NCBI GenBank assembly: GCA_964243265.1
Contig: CAXTFY010000001.1
Span: 15,556 to 79,555 of the forward strand
DNA length: 64,000 nt
From: an uncultured Acetobacteraceae bacterium
GTDB lineage: Bacteria; Pseudomonadota; Alphaproteobacteria; Acetobacterales; Acetobacteraceae
Direction of reading: 5' to 3'
The notes below the pieces were generated by a model, which was given only the letters and a program-made list of their open reading frames with translations, was not told the DNA's origin and did not search any database. Within the stretch, counting starts at the first letter, position 1, and the number at the start of each line of letters is the position of its first letter. Positions 26,324 to 35,417 of the stretch are shown here, in pieces. The position numbers and the translations under genes are program-made.

Positions 26324-26831
26324 CCTGGAATATGTGCGGGGTTCGCGCGTCGTCATGCGGCTGGAGGACACGCGGTTCGGCAAGCTCCGGCCGCAATATC
26401 TGCTGCCGATCACAGACAGGCAGGGCAACCATTGGGCGTGTCTGTGCGACTGCGGGCGGCTCGTGCCGGTCCGGGTCAAAGACCTGCGCTCCGGCAATAC
26501 CACAAGCTGCGGGTGCCGGATCAACCGGCCGGAGGTGACGCGCGATGAGGTGTCACGCCGGCAACGCCTGCTGCTGGGGATGATGGCAGATCGCGGCGGC
26601 TCCGTTCAACAACCGGACATCGGCGAGATGCTGGGCGTTGGGCAGGGCGGGATTTTCCGCAATGTTCGCGCCTTGGTCAAACGTGGTTTGGTGGTGGTGC
26701 GCGCTCCGCGTGGTCCCGGCGCGGGGTGTGGCGTTCCCAACCTGGTGGCGCTGCTCCCCGCCGGCTTCGCCTACGTCCGCCAGCTTCGGCGTGCGGCTTC
26801 AGTTGATGCTCGTGCTGCCCTGGTGGCCTAG
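26316..26831 (+). CDS. DNA-binding protein (Cys4 zinc-ribbon plus winged HTH)
   Basis: 'WACLCDCG...SCGC' followed by a MarR-like 'IGEMLGVGQGGIFRNVRALVKRGLV' segment. Confidence 0.45.
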   Translation: MDDLEYVRGSRVVMRLEDTRFGKLRPQYLLPITDRQGNHWACLCDCGRLVPVRVKDLRSGNTTSCGCRINRPEVTRDEVSRRQRLLLGMMADRGGSVQQPDIGEMLGVGQGGIFRNVRALVKRGLVVVRAPRGPGAGCGVPNLVALLPAGFAYVRQLRRAASVDARAALVA

Positions 26832-27059
26832 CATCGCCACCAGCGCCTTCGCCAAGGCGCGCTGCGCGTCGTCGGGCGGGTGGGTTCGGCCGCCGTCGCT
26901 GTCCGTCCTGCCGTTGCGCCAGCCGTGCCAGTAGGCCCGGCTCCGGTTGTCGCCTGGCTCCCCGTCGCCATCGAGGCCGGCGCGGTAGCCGTCTTTCATT
27001 TCGACCGGGTCGAGTTGGTAGAGGTCGGCCAGCTCCGACACCGGTTTGTGCCCGGTCAC
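26799..27059 (-). CDS. small protein with RMF-like motif
   Basis: GTG 27059 (GTGA overlap). 'DGYRAGLDG...AYWHGWRNG' resembles ribosome-modulation-factor-type motifs. Confidence 0.35.
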   Translation of the reverse strand: MTGHKPVSELADLYQLDPVEMKDGYRAGLDGDGEPGDNRSRAYWHGWRNGRTDSDGGRTHPPDDAQRALAKALVAMLGHQGSTSIN

Positions 27060-27529
27060 TGCGGCCGGCTCGGACCCGGGTGGGCAGACATCGCCTGCAG
27101 GACGTTGATGACCATGTAGCCGGCGGGCATCTTCTCTGGCTTGATGATGCAGTTCGATATGGCGCCCACGAAGCCCAGCGCCTCGGCGATCATCCACACG
27201 GCTTCCGGGTTCGGAACGCCTGTGCCGGCGGCGATGCTGACGCTGAGATGGCGGAATAGGCCGTCGCGCTGCACCTCGACGCTGTAGGTCGCAAAGAAGT
27301 TCACGGGCAGGTGGACTGTTTGCCGCGTCATGGCCTCCTTGTGCTTGCGCTTGCCTTCCGGCGTCTTGATCGCAACCATCAGCGTTTTCATGTCCACTGG
27401 ATGCAGCGCGGCCATGTCACGCAAGGCGCGCAGTGCGTCGCGTTCGGGTGCGCGTATCATCAGGGAAGTTGATGGGAGTTGTAGGAGCTGCACGGCGCCG
27501 TCGGCGAGGGGTGGTGTGTCATCAGCCAT
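27056..27529 (-). CDS. hypothetical protein
   Basis: 157-aa ORF with balanced composition, in antisense island 1. Confidence 0.5.
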   Translation of the reverse strand: MADDTPPLADGAVQLLQLPSTSLMIRAPERDALRALRDMAALHPVDMKTLMVAIKTPEGKRKHKEAMTRQTVHLPVNFFATYSVEVQRDGLFRHLSVSIAAGTGVPNPEAVWMIAEALGFVGAISNCIIKPEKMPAGYMVINVLQAMSAHPGPSRPQ

Positions 27530-27815
27530 CGGACACCCTCCGGAAGGTCACGAGTTTCAGGGCGAGGGAAGCGCCGCACCGTCTGCGGAACGTGTCTGCC
27601 TCTTGGAGGGCAATCCCGCCCAACGCCGCTGCGGCGGCTTGGCTGAACGCCATCAGGGGGACGTGGCGTATGACGCCTTTGCCGACCTCCATATCGGCGG
27701 ACATGACGCCCTCGCCGCCGTTTGGGTGCGTGCCGATCCACATATAAAGGGCGGTGAAGGTGTCGCCGGGCTGGGGGATATTGCCGCCGTCGGCACGCTG
27801 TTGCGTGTCAGTCAC
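27522..27815 (-). CDS. hypothetical protein
   Basis: GTG 27815 (GTGA overlap). 97 aa, starts 'VTDTQQRADGG'. Confidence 0.4.
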   Translation of the reverse strand: MTDTQQRADGGNIPQPGDTFTALYMWIGTHPNGGEGVMSADMEVGKGVIRHVPLMAFSQAAAAALGGIALQEADTFRRRCGASLALKLVTFRRVSDG

Positions 27816-28318
27816 CAGCGCACATAGGTCGATCCGGACGCGACCTCCGTGCCGTGCTCGTCGTAGAGACCCGGTCCCTCGGCCACCCGGCGGCCGGTGG
27901 CCGGGTTGCGGAACCACCCGGCGGGTTCGCCTGCATACCCGGTGCTGCCCCAAGCCGTCAGGGCGTCGCGGGCTTGGTCGAACCGGTGATAGCACCAGCG
28001 GCCGTCCATGCTTTCTTTGTCGCCGACGGCTCCGGTCACGACGGCGACGCTGTGGCCGAATAGCTTGACGGCTCCCCAACGGCCGCCACCGATCAGGCGG
28101 ACATCGAAAAAGCATTCGCTCGCCAGCCAGACAAGGAAGCTGGCTGTCTCCAGCTTCGGGTCGCCCATGAAGGCTCGGCAGTGCCCGCAGTAGGCATTCA
28201 GCACGTCGTCGGGATGGTAGCTGGTGCGCCCACACCGGGGGCAGGTGAAGCACGGCCGGGTGGCGTCGAACCGAGAGGTTCGCCGGGCCTCGACCTGCTG
28301 GAGCTGTTCGGGTGTCAT
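27812..28318 (-). CDS. zinc-ribbon protein
   Basis: 'CFTCPRCG...CGHC' motif. GGGAGA Shine-Dalgarno upstream of ATG 28318 (28336 is an alternative). First gene of antisense island 1. Confidence 0.5.
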   Translation of the reverse strand: MTPEQLQQVEARRTSRFDATRPCFTCPRCGRTSYHPDDVLNAYCGHCRAFMGDPKLETASFLVWLASECFFDVRLIGGGRWGAVKLFGHSVAVVTGAVGDKESMDGRWCYHRFDQARDALTAWGSTGYAGEPAGWFRNPATGRRVAEGPGLYDEHGTEVASGSTYVRW

Positions 28319-28448
28319 GCTGTTCTCCCGCGTCATCAGGCGAGACGGTGCCTGGAATGCTTGGGAATCTAGACTAACCCGGGTCGCCAGGGATAGCGCG
28401 ATCGGGCGCGGCAGGTGGGTGCGATGTCCGTTGAACCTCTCGGTTCGA

Positions 28449-28471
28449 TGTCGTGACGCCACCCTGGCGGC
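28449..28471 (+). promoter_or_regulatory. TGTCGTGAC box ending at the portal ATG
   Basis: TGTCGTGACGCCACCCTGGCGGC occupies positions -23 to -1 relative to ATG 28472. No Shine-Dalgarno is visible. Confidence 0.55.
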
Positions 28472-30280
28472 ATGACCGACAAGCCCTTTTCCGTCGCATT
28501 CGACCCCGCGGCCCCGGTAGGCGAGCGTTTTGACGCCGGCTCCGAGATGCAGGCGACCTATGCGCCCACCGCCTCCGAGCTGATCCCGCGCGGCGACCTG
28601 ATGCCCATTATCGACATGATCCGCGGGGACATGGCCGAGACGGCGCTCGTAAAGGCGTCCGGGTCGATCGCGGGCTACCCTGGCGAGCACGGCCCCAAGA
28701 AGATCGACGGCCGCGGCATGACCTCGGTGTACCTCGACAATCTGCAGATTTACCTGTCGGGCAATACCTATGAAAAGCCCGCCCCGCTGGGGTTTGAAGG
28801 CCTCCGGCAGATGGTGGACCAGACCCCCATCCTGTCGGCAATCGTGATGACCCGCATCCGGCAAGTGTCGCGGTTCTGCCAGCCGTCCGAGGATGGCGGC
28901 CCGGGCTACGAGATCCGCCACGTCGATCGCAAGCACGAGCTGACGCCGGAGGAGGAAGTGAGCACGCGCCTGCTGTCTCGCTTCGTGGCCAACTGCGGCT
29001 GGGAGTTCAACCCGCGGCGCCGCAAGGCCATGAAGCGCGAGTCGTTCACCCGGTTCATGTCCAAGCACCTGCGCGATTCCTTGACTATGGACGCGGCGCC
29101 GGTCGAGACCGAGATGAAGCGCGACCGCTCGCTGGGCATCGACGGGTTCTACGCTGTCGATGGGTCCACCATTCGCCTGTGCACCGATGAGGGATATGAC
29201 GGCGACGACTCCATTTACGCCCTGCAGATGATCCAAGGTCGCATTTGCACGGCCTATACCCAGGATCAGCTTATCTATGAGGTGCGCAATCCACGGTCGG
29301 ATGTTCGCCTAGCTGGATATGGGTTGGGCGAACCGGAGCTTTTGATCCGGGTAGTGACTGGCATCTTGAATGCCATGTCGTACAACATTGCCGGCTTCGA
29401 TAACAACGCCATTCCGAAGGGCCTGTTGCACCTCTCCGGCGACTATGACCAAGCCGACCTGGCAGCGTTCAAGCGGTATTGGAACGCACAAGTAAAAGGC
29501 ATCAACAACGCCTGGTCGTTGCCGGTGATGATCTCGAAGGACCAGGAGAGCAAGGCGAATTTCGAGAGCTTCGGCGTCGAGCATAATGAGATGCACTTCG
29601 CCAAGTGGATGACGTTCCTATGTAGCATTTGCTGCGCCATCTATGGAATGTCGCCCGACGAAATAAATTTCGAGAGTTTCGCCGCGCAGAAATCGAGCCT
29701 GTCCGGCTCGGACACCGAGGAGAAGCTGACCAACGCCAAGGATAGCGGGCTGCACCCGGACATGGCGCACCTCGAAGCCGAGATGTCGGACTTCATTATC
29801 AGCGAGTTCGATGACAAATTCTGCTTCCGATGGGTCGGCACCACGCCGGAGGACGCAGACCGGGTGTGGGAAGGTAAGAAGCTCACATACACCGTCGATG
29901 AGCTTAGGGCGGAGCAGGGCTTGCAGCCGCATCCGGATGCCAAGGTGGGCGCGCTGCCGCTCAACCCCACCCTGATCGGGCCGGCGATGCAACTTAACCA
30001 GCCGCCGAAGCCGGGCGGCGACTTCGGCGGGCAGGCGCAAGAGCCAGGGCAGGACTTCGGCAACGCCGACGACGGCGACGATCCGGCCGGCGATGACCAG
30101 GCCGGGGGCGAGGCGAACGGCACCGGCGACCCGTCCCAGGCGGGGCCTGACGGCGTGCCGACCGGTCCGGCCCCTGCTGGTCCACCGGCCGCAGCCGGGG
30201 CGCCTGGCGGCGACTACGGCGGTCCTGGCAAGGGGGATTTCGGCAAAGCCATGGGCCTGACCATCTACGCGGTTGGCTAG
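28472..30280 (+). CDS. portal protein
   Basis: 602 aa, in the position after the terminase. Core region 'AIPKGLLHLSGDYDQADLAAFKRYWN...' with an acidic Gly/Pro/Asp-rich C-tail typical of portals. Confidence 0.75.
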   Translation: MTDKPFSVAFDPAAPVGERFDAGSEMQATYAPTASELIPRGDLMPIIDMIRGDMAETALVKASGSIAGYPGEHGPKKIDGRGMTSVYLDNLQIYLSGNTYEKPAPLGFEGLRQMVDQTPILSAIVMTRIRQVSRFCQPSEDGGPGYEIRHVDRKHELTPEEEVSTRLLSRFVANCGWEFNPRRRKAMKRESFTRFMSKHLRDSLTMDAAPVETEMKRDRSLGIDGFYAVDGSTIRLCTDEGYDGDDSIYALQMIQGRICTAYTQDQLIYEVRNPRSDVRLAGYGLGEPELLIRVVTGILNAMSYNIAGFDNNAIPKGLLHLSGDYDQADLAAFKRYWNAQVKGINNAWSLPVMISKDQESKANFESFGVEHNEMHFAKWMTFLCSICCAIYGMSPDEINFESFAAQKSSLSGSDTEEKLTNAKDSGLHPDMAHLEAEMSDFIISEFDDKFCFRWVGTTPEDADRVWEGKKLTYTVDELRAEQGLQPHPDAKVGALPLNPTLIGPAMQLNQPPKPGGDFGGQAQEPGQDFGNADDGDDPAGDDQAGGEANGTGDPSQAGPDGVPTGPAPAGPPAAAGAPGGDYGGPGKGDFGKAMGLTIYAVG

Positions 30281-33200
30281 GGTGGGCAAGCCCGCAGCAC
30301 CGGTGCCGGGGATCGAGCGCGGCGACCATGTGTACGTCCAGCACCCCAAGCGCGGCGCGATGGCGGTGAAGGTGTTGGCGACCGGCAAGGACGGGTTCAC
30401 CGGGGAGGACGGGGCGAAGCGGCGGCACAAGCTCAACTTCGACTCGTACGTCGGCCACAAGACGCGGATGCTGCACACGTACAACCTGGTGGACCAGGGC
30501 GCCGACGGCGCGCTGCTGCAAGACGGCCGCGGGCAGCGGCGCTACCTGGCCGGCGTGCTGCCGGCAGCCGTCCAGGACGACGGCAAGGAAGCTGACCCGC
30601 ATCCGGACGCGCCGGCGCCGGGCCGCCAGGATGATCCGCTGAAAGGTGGCCTGTCGTTGTTGAAGGCGTCCGCCCTGCAGCTACAGGCGGGGACGGACAA
30701 GGCCGGGCACGCCATCCACCGGTGGCACGGCCGCCCGGTGTTCCCGCAGCCGCAGCGGATGATGGACCCCGCCGCGCCTGACTATGCGCCGGGCGGCCGA
30801 TACCTCTCCATGCCCACGCGGGAGGACATCACGGGCCGCACGGTGGGCCGGGCGCGGATCTCGGTCGGCGACGACGGCAAGCCCAGCTTCGGCGTGTCCG
30901 ATGACCAGGTCGAGCCGGCCGCGCCGGCGCACGGCAAGGTCGTCCGCACCAACCTGTTCAAGCGCGCGGCGGGCTGGAGCTGGACGCACCGCGACGACGG
31001 CGTTCCGGACGTGAGCACCATCGTCAGCGTCGAGCACGGCGGCCAGCACCACTACACCCTAGCAGCCGATTTCCACGACGGCGTGACCCTGGCGCGCTAC
31101 CCCAAGGCCCCGAGCGAGCCGCGGCTTCGGCCGACCACGCACGGGCACATCACGATGCCCGGGCATGAGGTCGGCCGCATCTCTGTCCGCGGCCGGGAGC
31201 ACCCGGTCCATTCGACCATCGCGGTCCACCGCGGCGGCGGCGCCTCGCTTGCAAAGTCATTTCACCTCGCCGGCCTGGTGCCGGTCCAGGTCGAGGAGCT
31301 ATCCGACATGCCCGGCCCTATGATCCTGTTCACGAAGGCCATGGGCACGCCCGTTGCCAATCGGCCGGGCTTGGCCTTGAAGCGCGTGACCGACAAGGGG
31401 GGGCACCAGACCCAGCGGTGGAGCAAGACGGGCGTTGACATGCCGGCCGGCAAGAAGCCGGCCGCCGGCGAACCGGACGCGCCACCTCCGGCCCCGATGA
31501 AGCACGGCGACGTCGTGAGCTTCCGCCATGGCGAGGTGCAGGGGCAGGGCAAGATCGTCGGCAGCGGGCAGGACGGCGTGACGGTGCGCGACGGGGAGCG
31601 TGAGCACCAGGTCCGGCACGAGCACCTTGAAGGCAAGGCGCCGGACGCGCCGGCGAAGGTGCTGCAGCGGCCGGACTACGCCCCGCGCGCGACGGGGGAG
31701 GACGATAAGAAGTACCTCAAGCGGACCGCCAGCTCGATCCCGGACCCGGAGCACCTGCCGGAGGAGCACGACCGGTATTTCAACCAGGTCGAGGGCGGCA
31801 AGACGGTCCCGATGGACCAGCTTGTGAGCACCAAGTCCGATGCGGAGAACGAACAGGGCGGCAACAACTCGCCGAAATTCATGGGCGCGGCGTACCATGG
31901 CGTTGTGGCCAAGCGTGACCCCATCACGGTCAAGCAGCGGCCGGACGGCAAATACGATGTCATGGACGGCAACGGCACGTACACCGGGGCCAAGAAGCAC
32001 GGTTGGAAGAACCTGCCAGTTCGCGTCGAGGGCGGCGGCGGGGATGATGCCGGCGGAGCTGGCGCGGCGCCGCCCAACCCTCCGCCACTGTTCCCGGCGG
32101 CCGAGGTTGCTGACCTGCCGGAGCTGGGGGAGCAGAAGTTCAACACGCAGGACGCGCTGTACAAGGCGAGTGCTGAGTCGCTGGAGCACCTGAAAACCTG
32201 GCTGAACCGCGGCAAGGGCGTCTGCTCGAAGATGGGTTTCGAGACGATGACGTGCTCGCCCGAGGATGCGGACCTCACCAAGCCCGGCGGGATGTTGTTC
32301 GTTGCGCCATTGAAGGGTGCCAAGCGCGCGAAGGAGAAGGTGGACTCCGCCTATGACGGCGACTGGTCGAAGCTGCGCGACGTGGTGCGCTGCTCCATCG
32401 CCGTGGACAGCATGGACGACATCACCGACGCCCTGACGCAGTTGAAGGCGTCCGGGATGCTGCTGGCGCAGCAGCCGAAGGACAGGTTCCACCGGCCGCT
32501 GCCGGTGGGCTACAGGGACGTGCAGCTCATCGTCCGCTTCCCGAACGGGTCGTTGGGCGAGGTGCAACTCCACCTCAAATCCATGCTGATCGCCAAGGAT
32601 GAGGGCCACAAGCACTACGAAACCATGCGGACGCTTGAAACCAGGCCGCCGGGCGAATGGAACACGGAGGAAACCACCTCGTATGACGGCGCGGTGGAAG
32701 CATCCAAGGCAATCTACGGCCAGGCGTGGGCGAAGTCGGCCGGCAAGCCCGCGGACAAGGGCACGCCGATGGCCAAGGCATTGAAGGTGTCGCCCGGCAT
32801 GGCGGCGGCGTGGGAGCACTATGACCTGGACGGCGCTAAGTACCGCCGACCGGGGCCGCGCGGTGCGATCACCGACGTTCTGAACGGCGATAAATGGGCG
32901 CCGTTCACCGGCGACGACGCGACCGAGCCGCACGTCTTCGGCGACCCCATTGATGACCCGCTGGCAGGCGGCGGCGGCGAGCCTGATGGCAGCGGGGGCG
33001 AGCCGGACACCGGCGGCGGGGGTGAGCCGATGGCCAAGGCGTTGAACCAAGCGGCTCACCGGGCCATGCCGATCCTGTTCTTGAAGGCGACGATCCCCGG
33101 TGGTGCACGCGGGGACCTGTTCGCGCAAAGCGTTCAGGTTGCCGGGCATTCCACCGCGGCCGGAACCTATGTGGCGCCCTACCAGGCCCAGCGCATGAAG

Positions 33201-34187
33201 GCGCCGGACGCGCCGCGGCCGATGCCGAAGGACGACGGCGCGTGGCACACCGCGATGCAGGCGAAAATGAAGGGGCTGGGCGACCACGCGCTGCACTACA
33301 CCGCCAACGACGCACGCCTGGCGGCGGAGGCGGCCGAGACTTTTAGCGGCGCCGGCGCCGGCCGGCATCGAGACGAGGCGAGCTACGCGCGGGCGGAAAT
33401 CGTCGCGCGCCGGCGGGGTGAAAGCACGGCTCCGCCGTCGTTCGCGGCGTTGGAGCAGGCGGCGGGCGGGCGTGCCATGGCGGCCCGCGCGTGGGCCAAG
33501 CTACGCCACAACCCCATGCCGTCCGCGCCGCAAGGGCTAGGGGCCTGGGGCCACGCCACGGGCCAGGTCTTCACGGATGCGGAGCACGACGCCAACGTGC
33601 GCCAGTGGGACCAGCAGGAAGGGGCTACCAGCCTGGCGGCGGCAGCCCAGCCCGCCATGGACATGCGCCCGGTGCCCGTCGCACCAGCGGCGCCGGAGCT
33701 GGTGCACGCCTCCTATGGCCTGCCGGAGGCCTCCACCTTCCACGAGGGCAAAGGGCCGCTAGGGCGGGGCCGCTGGCGGGCGGACGTGCCGGGGCATGGC
33801 TTCGCACCGTTCGGCGCGAACCGGGCGGAGGCGGCCCGTGCGGCGCTAACGTTCGTGTCCAATTCGACCCACAACAAGGACGCGGCCACGGCCCGGCATC
33901 ACCTGGACAAGGACATTGCCATCCGGGTGCGGGCGGGCCTGGATCTGGATGACGCCGACCTGCGGCATCTCGGCTTCCGGCCGGGCAAGGCGTCCGAGTT
34001 TTCCTACCTGTCGCCCGTCATGCAACGCCTGTTCGGCGTCCCGGCGCGACACGTCCGGGAGGCGATGGGCGATGCACTGCGCCGGACCCATTCCGAGATG
34101 GGGGCACCCAAGGATGTGGCCTCGCCGACGAAGGCGCTAAAGCGGGTCGCCGAGTACCTGGCCCGGGTCGAGAAGCTGCGCGGCTGA
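30273..34187 (+). CDS. 1304-aa polyvalent virion-type protein (ParB-like plus RelA/SpoT-like NTase plus three ILFLKA-type modules)
   Basis: ParB/Srx-like 'PITVKQRPDGKYDVMDGNGTYTGAKKHGWKNLPVRV' (about 31800-32030). RelA_SpoT-like 'LRDVVRCSIAV...GYRDVQLIVRFPNGSLGEVQLH...HKHYE' (about 32180-32640). Modules at aa 127, 350 and 932. Start is TTG 30273 or GTG 30282. Confidence 0.7.
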   Translation: MARVGKPAAPVPGIERGDHVYVQHPKRGAMAVKVLATGKDGFTGEDGAKRRHKLNFDSYVGHKTRMLHTYNLVDQGADGALLQDGRGQRRYLAGVLPAAVQDDGKEADPHPDAPAPGRQDDPLKGGLSLLKASALQLQAGTDKAGHAIHRWHGRPVFPQPQRMMDPAAPDYAPGGRYLSMPTREDITGRTVGRARISVGDDGKPSFGVSDDQVEPAAPAHGKVVRTNLFKRAAGWSWTHRDDGVPDVSTIVSVEHGGQHHYTLAADFHDGVTLARYPKAPSEPRLRPTTHGHITMPGHEVGRISVRGREHPVHSTIAVHRGGGASLAKSFHLAGLVPVQVEELSDMPGPMILFTKAMGTPVANRPGLALKRVTDKGGHQTQRWSKTGVDMPAGKKPAAGEPDAPPPAPMKHGDVVSFRHGEVQGQGKIVGSGQDGVTVRDGEREHQVRHEHLEGKAPDAPAKVLQRPDYAPRATGEDDKKYLKRTASSIPDPEHLPEEHDRYFNQVEGGKTVPMDQLVSTKSDAENEQGGNNSPKFMGAAYHGVVAKRDPITVKQRPDGKYDVMDGNGTYTGAKKHGWKNLPVRVEGGGGDDAGGAGAAPPNPPPLFPAAEVADLPELGEQKFNTQDALYKASAESLEHLKTWLNRGKGVCSKMGFETMTCSPEDADLTKPGGMLFVAPLKGAKRAKEKVDSAYDGDWSKLRDVVRCSIAVDSMDDITDALTQLKASGMLLAQQPKDRFHRPLPVGYRDVQLIVRFPNGSLGEVQLHLKSMLIAKDEGHKHYETMRTLETRPPGEWNTEETTSYDGAVEASKAIYGQAWAKSAGKPADKGTPMAKALKVSPGMAAAWEHYDLDGAKYRRPGPRGAITDVLNGDKWAPFTGDDATEPHVFGDPIDDPLAGGGGEPDGSGGEPDTGGGGEPMAKALNQAAHRAMPILFLKATIPGGARGDLFAQSVQVAGHSTAAGTYVAPYQAQRMKAPDAPRPMPKDDGAWHTAMQAKMKGLGDHALHYTANDARLAAEAAETFSGAGAGRHRDEASYARAEIVARRRGESTAPPSFAALEQAAGGRAMAARAWAKLRHNPMPSAPQGLGAWGHATGQVFTDAEHDANVRQWDQQEGATSLAAAAQPAMDMRPVPVAPAAPELVHASYGLPEASTFHEGKGPLGRGRWRADVPGHGFAPFGANRAEAARAALTFVSNSTHNKDAATARHHLDKDIAIRVRAGLDLDDADLRHLGFRPGKASEFSYLSPVMQRLFGVPARHVREAMGDALRRTHSEMGAPKDVASPTKALKRVAEYLARVEKLRG

Positions 34188-34191
34188 TGCC

Positions 34192-35199
34192 GTGATCCTG
34201 CTCAAGGCCCTGATCCCGGCGCACGATCGCCACCTCCCCGACGGCCGGCCGGTGCCTGTCCGGGCCTACACCCGGCGGTCGGCGCCGGCCGCGGCGCACG
34301 CGACCCCGCCCGTGGTGTCGTATTCGAGCGGCGCCAGCTCGCGCGCGCACCTCGAAGGCTACATCCACGCCGGGTCGCCCGTGGGGGTCAGCCTGACCGA
34401 GTTCGCCGACGGCTCGCCGACCTGGGACATGGTGGTAAACTACGCCCGGGCAGGCGGCGCCGTGTTCGTGGACAGCGGGGCCTTTCCCGCCTTCACGAAG
34501 GGGCAGGCGGTCGATTGGGACCGCCACGCCGACCTGGTCGCCAAGCTGTGCGACGACGCGGCCGGCGGCCGGCTGCATGTGATGATGCCCGACGTGATCG
34601 GCGACCAGGATGCCTCGATGCGCCTGCTGCAACAGCGGCGCGGCCAGGTCCTCGATGTCATCGCCGGCGACCATGATGCCCTGGTCGCCATCCAACGCGG
34701 CCAGCTATCGCCGCGGGACTGCTGGCGCAAGGCCGCCTCCATCCTCGGCACCCGCGACTTCACGGCCGCGGTGCCATCCAACAAGGCCGCCTTCACGCCG
34801 GCGGATGTCGCCGACCTGATGCGCGGCCCGGACCGGCCGGACCGGGTGCATTTCCTGGGGGTGGCGGGCAACCTGCGCAAGCTGGCGGCGCTGGCGGCGA
34901 TCGTGCACCAGGCGCACCCCGGTTGCGTGGTGACGTCGGACGCCAACCGCATCAGGGCAAAGGTGGGGGAAGGGCGGCCGATGACGGCCGCGCGGAATGC
35001 CATGATGACGCTGATGCGCGACATGCACGTTCTGCTCGATGACCCCGAACACAAGCGGATGTGGCTGGAGCAGCACGAGCGGGCCGCCGGGCCAGCCGCA
35101 ACCGGCATGGCCGTCATCCTAACGGAGGCGGCGGACCGCCGGCAGCCGGACCTGCTGACCGGCACGCCGCTGCGCAAGGCGCTGCGGCGGCCTGGCTAG
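34192..35199 (+). CDS. TGT/DpdA-like (tRNA-guanine-transglycosylase fold) protein with ILLKA-type N-terminus
   Basis: 'AVFVDSGAF' (compare TGT 'TDSGGFQ') and, about 130 aa later, 'RVHFLGVAGN' (compare TGT 'RYLMGVGKP'). GTG start. N-terminus 'VILLKALIPAHDRHLPDGRPVPVRAYTRR'. Confidence 0.45.
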   Translation: MILLKALIPAHDRHLPDGRPVPVRAYTRRSAPAAAHATPPVVSYSSGASSRAHLEGYIHAGSPVGVSLTEFADGSPTWDMVVNYARAGGAVFVDSGAFPAFTKGQAVDWDRHADLVAKLCDDAAGGRLHVMMPDVIGDQDASMRLLQQRRGQVLDVIAGDHDALVAIQRGQLSPRDCWRKAASILGTRDFTAAVPSNKAAFTPADVADLMRGPDRPDRVHFLGVAGNLRKLAALAAIVHQAHPGCVVTSDANRIRAKVGEGRPMTAARNAMMTLMRDMHVLLDDPEHKRMWLEQHERAAGPAATGMAVILTEAADRRQPDLLTGTPLRKALRRPG

Positions 35200-35417
35200 G
35201 CGAATAGGCGCTCGCGCACCAGGCGCGCTACCACAGCCTCCCGGGACGGGTCGCCATACTGCTTGGCGAGCACGTCAAGGCCCTCCAGGACGACCTTTTG
35301 GAGGTGGACGGACCCCACCGGGCCTACGGTTTCGCGGTGCCTGCGCTGACGTTCTGCGACCGTCAGCGCGTTGTCCAAGCGGGGCCGCCCGCGGGGTCGA
35401 TTCGGGGTGGTGCTCAT
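35196..35417 (-). CDS. small DNA-binding regulator-like protein
   Basis: 'RGRPRLDNALTVAERQRRHRE' basic N-terminus, typical of small plasmid/phage regulators. 73 aa. Confidence 0.45.
   Translation of the reverse strand: MSTTPNRPRGRPRLDNALTVAERQRRHRETVGPVGSVHLQKVVLEGLDVLAKQYGDPSREAVVARLVRERLFA

Noticed and set aside
28449-28471. Reading the 23-nt box as a sigma54 (-24/-12) or canonical sigma70 promoter
   Set aside because: There is no TGGCAC-N5-TTGC arrangement on either strand, and no TTGACA or TATAAT-like hexamers at usable spacing. The box ends at the start codon, which leaves no room for a normal leader.
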